DNA of 64,000 bases from Bythopirellula sp. (GTDB lineage: Bacteria; Planctomycetota; Planctomycetia; Pirellulales; Lacipirellulaceae). The position numbers were made by a program, and so were the translations under genes. The stretch is from assembly GCA_965216565.1 (NCBI GenBank), contig OZ244170.1, positions 480,001 to 544,000 on the forward strand, in the 5' to 3' direction. Positions 58,401-64,000 of this stretch are shown here, one piece after another (position 1 is the stretch's first letter; every line of letters begins with the position of its first letter). The notes beneath the pieces are model-generated. The model ran no database searches. It was not told where the DNA came from and saw only the letters and a program-made list of their open reading frames with translations.

Positions 58401-58994
58401 TTCCCGCTAAAGAGCATAGAGGAAATAAAGCCTGGTGACTACTTAGTTACGTCACGAACTGGTCCTGGAGGCATCGAAGTAGCCCATGAACGTAGTGGCC
58501 CAACTTTGGCAGGCAAGCTCTTAAATACTCGATTTGTTCTTCTTACTCCTACCAATCAAGTCGTAGCACGTGGATTTGACGTTGAAGAACTAGAACGAAT
58601 CAAAGAGGCGTGCAATCGAGAAGAACTCTCGCCAGACTCAGTGATGTATCCAGAGCGAACTGTTGACCCCGCTGATTACACCTACGACCAGCTCCATGGT
58701 GAAGTGAAGACTGCAACTGTATATCGAGAAGTGGAGGATGGTAAATGGCAAGAGATTTCCACACTTGAAGTAACTGGATTTGAAGAGGTGCTAGATTTAG
58801 CTGTTATTGAGAACCCAGCTATTGATCATCGTGTCCTTAACTGTTCGGAACAGACTCTATTAGATCAGGGTGATGTAATTGTGATTGATGAAGAGTCGTG
58901 GCAATTAGGTGAAAACGTAAGTCTTGAGCCAACACCAGCAGGTTTCTTAGAGTGGCAAAAACAACGAGAGCATGATTATGACCACGAAATATAG
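55425..58994 (+). CDS. Large acidic modular hypothetical protein (~1190 aa) with internal duplications
   Basis: Long open frame, Glu/Asp-rich; repeated CFLWK...WYELTFG / CYVWK...WYELTYG and VKPGDYL / IKPGDYL modules; ends REHDYDHEI. Confidence 0.8.
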   Translation: MPDHPTNYSDAELIQTFPLGSENKCFLWKRSEVADSRSGITFAESWYELTFGDSIPSRSSYLEDLELTDLDSEEANLGSQALHQVDAKLGVISAFEWIANHPLNFLHPPIGDSRKAELRPQDLGVLSLEEQARVNLPAEQLEVVHEGEPIEMPWQRPDSELAHEVTFTEGRNCYVWKCWEHKTLNEHGELGAYCWYELTYGYKPFESIYSEFASELSERFSDKILELGATESNRWIRRHSTPALYPIQQHQNREHATLNRAEDISHIRKDPEYVIKHMTIDGKWVDVAGDVNRNEAIRKSIEYVLAQTIATGEVPLMHVAYGGGTPEEMVEGKELLKHIELDALGPKERAAFSILETHRGEIEQGDGPTSEKTFFLNLALDSDNHISILSYETEQRCLSYGAQLYAAHTLEFDREPALYLSEEPEGRGVLIPRDILLENLRHLPLSEDMERLLSVTLADRSEEHKFHATTLDSAIEDSRLSPTDENYDVGAQHTIEVNRDLLCLIDRHDVPEVKPAYVVSFFNPREGYPEAVNGGHPDVKKAIELAERWIGSDAAQEVLAGPPDATYETTREHVDDSRTHDAQVPPESTHSPTLWPILRPEQDAEPSLSNPLVGYISSDKLEEAQQILPEALGYEEHAQAFPEPEHYQAITDRVQPYVLWTVNEQGLATSYTSAEDLLSVTDVHERYLDNWSKVEHEEGVSCPALVITQWDFARGRPTEIQLEEVQDQHEHKEFDESVLGRHVPESEIEAARERTRPLEERLGSFQQTQEPGQVTYRFAVWEQNENGTVTCRSHSADYDDIKSQAVDYALEERRVGRPLPSLLLTELRTDKEPPSQEITMENLSEISRPLNFDLDQEIEAQHPVAEFSRPEPRDAPPYRYVRLQADREVKPGDYLAVERVGSEREEVGFFRVDGVSDRELLRIESKWALLNAETNQVHSVHDEFDVAKVTLDSLNDAYHQEINELRNQELPGIPHREQELPRDYEPIDQVRMFPLKSIEEIKPGDYLVTSRTGPGGIEVAHERSGPTLAGKLLNTRFVLLTPTNQVVARGFDVEELERIKEACNREELSPDSVMYPERTVDPADYTYDQLHGEVKTATVYREVEDGKWQEISTLEVTGFEEVLDLAVIENPAIDHRVLNCSEQTLLDQGDVIVIDEESWQLGENVSLEPTPAGFLEWQKQREHDYDHEI

Positions 58995-59069
58995 GCTGAT
59001 TTTGTTGCGATACTTCCTAAGTTCGGGCACCATATAAGAGCAGGTAATTGTTTTTATTTGGAGGTGCTA

Positions 59070-59549
59070 ATGGTTGGGCTCAAGGATGAGTGTTCTTTTC
59101 AAAAAGCGATTAAAGCTGGAATGCTAGTTGATGTCACAGAGGTTCGAAAAAGAATTTACCCTCCTGATTGGAAACACTCTCCGTACAAAGGCCCGAAGAG
59201 ATTTATTGCCTTTAGTCGTTCACTTTGGGATTTGCACGTCGCAACAGAGACTCCACGTAATCCAGAGACTGAAGATGTAAGATTACGGCAAATCATGGCC
59301 GGGATTGCAGTTGATCTTCGACGTGGGCGATATGTCAATAAACCGGGCCGAAAATCGTTTTTTGAATATCGCCCAGGCGGACCCACGGTGATTAATGATA
59401 ACCCATGTGAGTATTACGTTGACCCCAATGTGGAAAAGCACCTCCTGTGTGTCCGCATTGTAAAAGGTGGCTCGGTCTATATGCTTGCAGATGAGGAACT
59501 AGACTGGGATGCACCGCGTGTACCGGGTGGGAATTTCTTCACAATGTAA
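59070..59549 (+). CDS. Hypothetical protein, DUF6573-like
   Basis: GGAGG RBS; QKAIKAGMLVDVT...FSRSLWD...EDVRL...YMLADEE resembles the AIEDGVLVDV family seen on mobile elements (recalled, not searched). Confidence 0.55.
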   Translation: MVGLKDECSFQKAIKAGMLVDVTEVRKRIYPPDWKHSPYKGPKRFIAFSRSLWDLHVATETPRNPETEDVRLRQIMAGIAVDLRRGRYVNKPGRKSFFEYRPGGPTVINDNPCEYYVDPNVEKHLLCVRIVKGGSVYMLADEELDWDAPRVPGGNFFTM

Positions 59550-60678
59550 TAAAGAATTTTTAGCTAACAATGCCCATTCTGCTCCGGCTAGCTGATTCCA
59601 GCGTCGACGAGTCCCACCGCTTGTGGAATCTGCCTGAATCTGAGCCTGGGATAAAGAGCGAATCGAAACAGATTCTACATAGCTCGAACGTGCCTCAGCG
59701 TTTCACTGTGCAGGTTAGAAGCTGCCCTCCAATGGGACAAAATAAACCAACTGCTGCCGACGAGCAACACATGCCCGCTCTTCAATATCCCCCGATGAAT
59801 TTGAACGTCATCTGGCAAAACCCAACGAGTTCACTTTCGCTAATCTCCGCTGAATCAGCCGTAGTGGGCGATGTATCGTGATGGTATTTCTTCGAGTAAT
59901 CGTTAATGCTCGTTAGCTCATCGAGCTGTACTCCTTGCATCGTTGCAAGCGGCTCGCCAGGGGTAGCTTCACGAATCTGTTTAATAAAGTCTCCAAGCCA
60001 TTTGCCTTCACCAAATTCAGTAGGGAATCGCATTCTAAGAAAGCCCTCAAGAACTGGGCGTATCTTGCGTACGATACTACGAGGTTCACCGAGGTTGCGT
60101 TCAACGAATGCGTGCAAATCGAAGTAGTCTTGAGCGTATCCAGATCGAGTTGCTTCTTCAATATCCCATTGGGCAATCGTGGCATCATCTCGGCCTTCTC
60201 TTGCTACCTGCAGTGTCTTTACACTTGCATGCTCGTGATTGTCATAGACGAGCTTCAAGAACAGCGGGTCATGCGACAGAACAACAACTTGCTTGCACTG
60301 GTTGTGAGTGTTGGAGATAAGCTGCTGCGTTCGCGTTCTCCTAAACCGGTCTTGGCTCGTAAACGGGTCGTCAAAAACGACGACCATATCTTTGTAGCTT
60401 GGCTCCTGCTCAAGCTGGGCCAAAAAGAAAGCAAGGGCAAGCGTGCTTCTGTCCCCAGCACTCAGTGTGCAGCCGAAGCGAGGCTTCCCACGGGGCTCAG
60501 TTGGGTCACCAACAGCAACTCTCTCGTTTCGGATGAGAATCTCGAAAGTGGAGCTTGGCTGTCCGCCAGGGTATTGTGACCGCAGATCCGCAAGACGAAA
60601 TGAGGCTCGGAACTCATCAAGTAAATCATTGATTCTATCGCAGTAGGTGTTGAATACAGTTGCAGAATACTCATCAAG

Positions 60679-61700
60679 GGCCTTGCTTCCTAAATCCAGA
60701 GTGACATTGGCATGCCGAGGGTGACGAACCAGTTGAGTAGTTTTGCGCGGATTGCAACTTCGGTTTTTTGATTCGGTGGTTCGCGGTTTTTCAGGCGGTC
60801 TCCAAAAGCGCTTTTGAAGCGACTGACGGCGGTTTCCGCCAGGCTGCGGCGGTGATAGCCGACCGCTTCATTCCACGCCTCGCGACCGTTCCGTTGGATT
60901 TCTTGAATCGACGCGTCGCGTTCCCAGGACCGATTGCCCGGATCGGCTTTGGCGTTCTTGCGCGGCGGGATGATCGCCCAGGCGGAACGTTTTTCCAGAG
61001 CATCGTAGACTTTCTGTTGATCGTAGGCACCATCGCCGTAAAACGTATCCAGCAGTGCGTCGACTTGATCCAGCAGTGGCAACGCCGCCGTGCCGTCATG
61101 CGTGCGCGAGTCGGTTAGCAACTGGGCAAGGATCGCATGCGAGTCGGGGTCGACCGCCAGGTGGACTTTTCGCCAAACGCGACGTTTTCCGTAGCCGTGC
61201 TGACGCACCTTCCATTCGCCTTCGCCGTAGATTTTTAACCCCGTGCTGTCGACCACCACATCCACCGGCCCCTGGACCTTCGCCAGTGAGATTGAGATGT
61301 TCAGCTTGCCGGCTCGTTTCACCAGGCTAGTGTGGTGGGGGATCGGAATCTCGACACGCATCAGCTTCGCCAATGCTCGGCCCAAACCTTCCGTTTGGCG
61401 ATAGGGCAAGCGAAACAACTCGCGGAGCGTCAGCAAGGTTTCGATCGCTAGGTCACTGTAAGTGAACGGTCGGCCACGACGCACTTCGGAGTTGTCGTGT
61501 TCCCATTGGTCGATCACGTCATCGGAAAACCAATAGGTGATATCGCCGCGGCGCACGAGGGACTCGTTATACTCGCTCCAGTTAGCGACACGATACGACT
61601 TCTTCTCGCTGCTAGCCGTCATAATACGCTCCGTCTCAAAGAAAAGGGATCCATCCAGATCCTAAATACGGGCGATTGAGCGGATTTGTTCAGCAAGGCC
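60679..61700 (-). mobile_element. IS5-family (IS903 group) insertion sequence, 1022 bp
   Basis: IRs GGCCTTGCTtcctAAATCC and GGCCTTGCTgaacAAATCC; 9-bp target duplication CTCATCAAG at 60670-60678 and 61701-61709. Confidence 0.95.
60690..61622 (-). CDS. IS5-family DDE transposase
   Basis: NWSEYNESLVRRG, VDSTGLK, GDGAYD, GYHRRSLAETAVSRFK. Confidence 0.95.
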   Translation of the reverse strand: MTASSEKKSYRVANWSEYNESLVRRGDITYWFSDDVIDQWEHDNSEVRRGRPFTYSDLAIETLLTLRELFRLPYRQTEGLGRALAKLMRVEIPIPHHTSLVKRAGKLNISISLAKVQGPVDVVVDSTGLKIYGEGEWKVRQHGYGKRRVWRKVHLAVDPDSHAILAQLLTDSRTHDGTAALPLLDQVDALLDTFYGDGAYDQQKVYDALEKRSAWAIIPPRKNAKADPGNRSWERDASIQEIQRNGREAWNEAVGYHRRSLAETAVSRFKSAFGDRLKNREPPNQKTEVAIRAKLLNWFVTLGMPMSLWI

Positions 61701-63529
61701 CTCATCAAGTTCGGCCTTAGCTTCGTTCTTCTCCGTTTCTATCTCGCTCTTACGTGCAGTGAGTGCCGCGTACTCATCGCACTTTGCGGCTACAGTATCC
61801 TCGTATCGTACTTTCGCCGCTGCTACAATCGACGCTTCCTTTGCTTTTGCGGCTAGGTCGCCTCCACTTGTCGCTTGCTTTCGCTCTTCGATTGCCGCGT
61901 TAACATGTCGCACGATCTCATTGTAAGCATCGGCATTCTTCCGAACCTGTTCAACGAGAGCTACCGCCTCATCGTAATCCGTTCCAGGTATCACCATTTC
62001 CAGCGGAGTCTCCGCTTTCTGCGTGGCGTACTTACCTGCAGCTTCACGAAAAGCCAAAAGGGCTTTACGCCAATCATAGTCTTCAGGAAGTTCCGGTTCG
62101 GAATCCAGCTCAACGAACTCTTTCCAGAATGTTGCCCCTTGATGATTACTTTCCACCGTCGTACCGATGCGTTCAATGACCATATCGGTAAACGCTTTGG
62201 CAACATCACCTTTCATGGCTGATGCGTTGTCCTTTAACGTCGTATAGGCCTCACTGAAATACTCTCGGTACGCCTGAATCACTTGATTCGCTGTCAGGCC
62301 CTCGCCGCAGAATGGGCAAGTCTCGTCTTTGATGTATTTCAGCCCTTGTTCAGCCCACCCGTGAGAAGCGTTTGCCGCAGAGTGTGCTAGATGTTCTCGC
62401 ACCTTTGCTTCTGCATCCGCCGATACGTCCGGCAGTTGTTGCTTGAGCAACTCTTCATAACCGGATGGGAGCGACGGTACGATAATCTCCTTGAGAGATG
62501 CAGCCTCAGCAATGTCCTTTGCTCGTTTCAATGCGACTATCTCTGCCTCTAACGAAACGAGCTGTTCGTCAGCTTGCGGGTTCTCAGCAAGAGGTAAGAA
62601 TTCTTCGAGAGTGACTCCTTTGGGTATAGCAGCTTTCAATTCTGCCGTGACGCCTCTCAGGTCTTTGGCTACCTGACGGCTTTCGCTATCGAGGTCTGCA
62701 ATTTTCTGGTTGAGGTCAACACCTTGCTTGCCAACAATAACACGGTGAAGATTCTTCTTATGCTCGTGGGCAACGAAGTCCCCAGCGTAAACATTTTCGT
62801 GTACGTAGCAAGAATCAAAGACCGTGAGTTCAGGAAAATTCGTATCCCAAGAACCGTCTTCGAATGCTGGCGTTCCGGAATCTGTCAGAAACTTGATTTC
62901 TGGAGCTTCACTCGTACCGAGTCGTTGTCTTTCGCTGATGTAGCTCGCGTCGCCAGTCGCAAGCGAACGTAGCACTCCACAAAGAGTGGTCTTACCGCGA
63001 CCATTCTCGCCGAAAATAAGCGTTAGGCCACGGAACTCCACATCACCCGCTGCCTTGCAGTCAGCAAACTTGCCAACGTTCTTTATCCCGATAACTTTCT
63101 TGAGCACAGCTAGAACCTTCCCAATTGGGTCCGAAGAGCTTTACTGCATATCGCCCAGAGTAAGCGAGTGCTGCCAGTATTATCCAGACCACCTAGTGTC
63201 AACGCGGGAGCTTAGAAGCGGACGCGACCTCCACCCCCTAACACACGCAAACGATAACAGACGACTGATGATACCGGATTTACTACGTGTCCTCAAATCG
63301 GCACGTCGAGGCTCGCTGATTCTTCCCTCTCCTTTGATTTCCCTTCTACTACTTCCCCTTACCCTGCCTACAACGTTCGTGTTGCCAGCGGACCACTTTC
63401 AATTCCCCCTGCGGCCAAACCTTGCCTCTATTGGCTCGGCAAAAGACAAGGTTGTTCCACAGCTGATAGTGAAATGCTTCACAGTTAATCTCTGGAACGG
63501 TATGTGAGGGATAAGAGGGGTGTAGTGTA

Positions 63530-63991
63530 ATGAATATCAAGATAGAAAAGTATGTTGCACACGATCTAACTAGCGAAACGTTACGAATAAGCCAAGGGGA
63601 GCAGAGCATTGGCCGTCTACGTGACAGACCTGGACTAATCAATGTTACGGGGTGGAGTACGCCTGAAATGGGCTTCTCCCGTGACAAGCGACGTAGAACA
63701 CGAGTAATGATAACTCCACAAGTGATGCGGGCCCTAGAAGACATCCCTCAATCGATGATCTTCTTACAAACCCTTCGCGGACGCGGAGGCCAGCTTGTAA
63801 TTCTTGCAGCTAGAGCGTTAATCAGAGCTAGGCGGTTTAAGAACGCTGAAGATGCAACCTTTATCTATCCACTCCCAGTGGATGATGAGGAGTATGAGGA
63901 CGCAAGACTTTTTAGAGTCGAGTATGTTGAGAACACTTACGGTAGACCGAGTGCTGTAATTGGGTTCTCAGCTGAGCATCAGGCACTCTAA
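63530..63991 (+). CDS. Hypothetical protein
   Basis: 153-aa ATG ORF with a GAGGGG purine tract upstream; no recognised motif. Confidence 0.5.
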   Translation: MNIKIEKYVAHDLTSETLRISQGEQSIGRLRDRPGLINVTGWSTPEMGFSRDKRRRTRVMITPQVMRALEDIPQSMIFLQTLRGRGGQLVILAARALIRARRFKNAEDATFIYPLPVDDEEYEDARLFRVEYVENTYGRPSAVIGFSAEHQAL

Positions 63992-64000
63992 CTTTACCCC

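Larger units (their letters stand above)
59782..63107 (-). pseudogene. AAA_13/RloC-like ABC ATPase with a zinc hook, interrupted by IS5
   Basis: Walker A GENGRGKT, hook CPFC, signature LSAGD, Walker B VVFDDP, H-loop LSHD; removing the IS and one target copy restores a single 764-aa frame. Confidence 0.85.

Noticed and set aside
59935..60579. 214-aa plus-strand ORF
   Set aside because: Antisense to the C-terminal half of the ATPase; no motifs
61662..61700. C-terminus GLAEQIRSIARI of the 481-aa ORF, and the separate 213-aa ORF at 59782..60423
   Set aside because: The tail is read-through into the IS end; both ORFs are halves of one interrupted gene
1..64000. tRNA, rRNA, integrase or att sites
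   Set aside because: None recognised by eye; a tRNAscan or Infernal run would be needed to exclude them

Overview
Accessory island from a probable planctomycete (planctomycete-style PEP-CTERM protein with DFDxDGDVDG repeats; the taxonomy is inferred). About 1-43 kb and 48.6-54 kb form a large copper/heavy-metal homeostasis region: two CusA/CusB-type RND systems, two TolC proteins, a CopA-type P1B ATPase with CsoR and a CsoR-type operator, HMA and YHS/TRASH-like proteins, an ECF sigma/anti-sigma pair, a FAD/2Fe-2S reductase plus heptaheme cytochrome, and many small Cys-rich ORFs. Embedded at 43.2-48.5 kb is a compact five-gene operon: XRE regulator, Cas4/AddB-like PD-(D/E)XK nuclease, full-length prokaryotic Argonaute (apparent DEDD tetrad, atypical MID pocket), a 147-aa helical protein, and a HEXXH (Lit/U49- or M48-like) putative metalloprotease. 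It sits behind a near-consensus sigma70, probably leaderless promoter overlaid by two tandem palindromic operators, and is the most interesting element here. The right end (54-64 kb) looks like mobile-element backbone or defence cargo: a ~1190-aa acidic modular protein, a DUF6573-like gene, and an RloC/AAA_13-like ATPase cleanly split by an IS5 (IS903-group) element. An intact-looking IS3-family element lies at 18.6-20.0 kb. All calls come from motifs read by eye; no searches were run.
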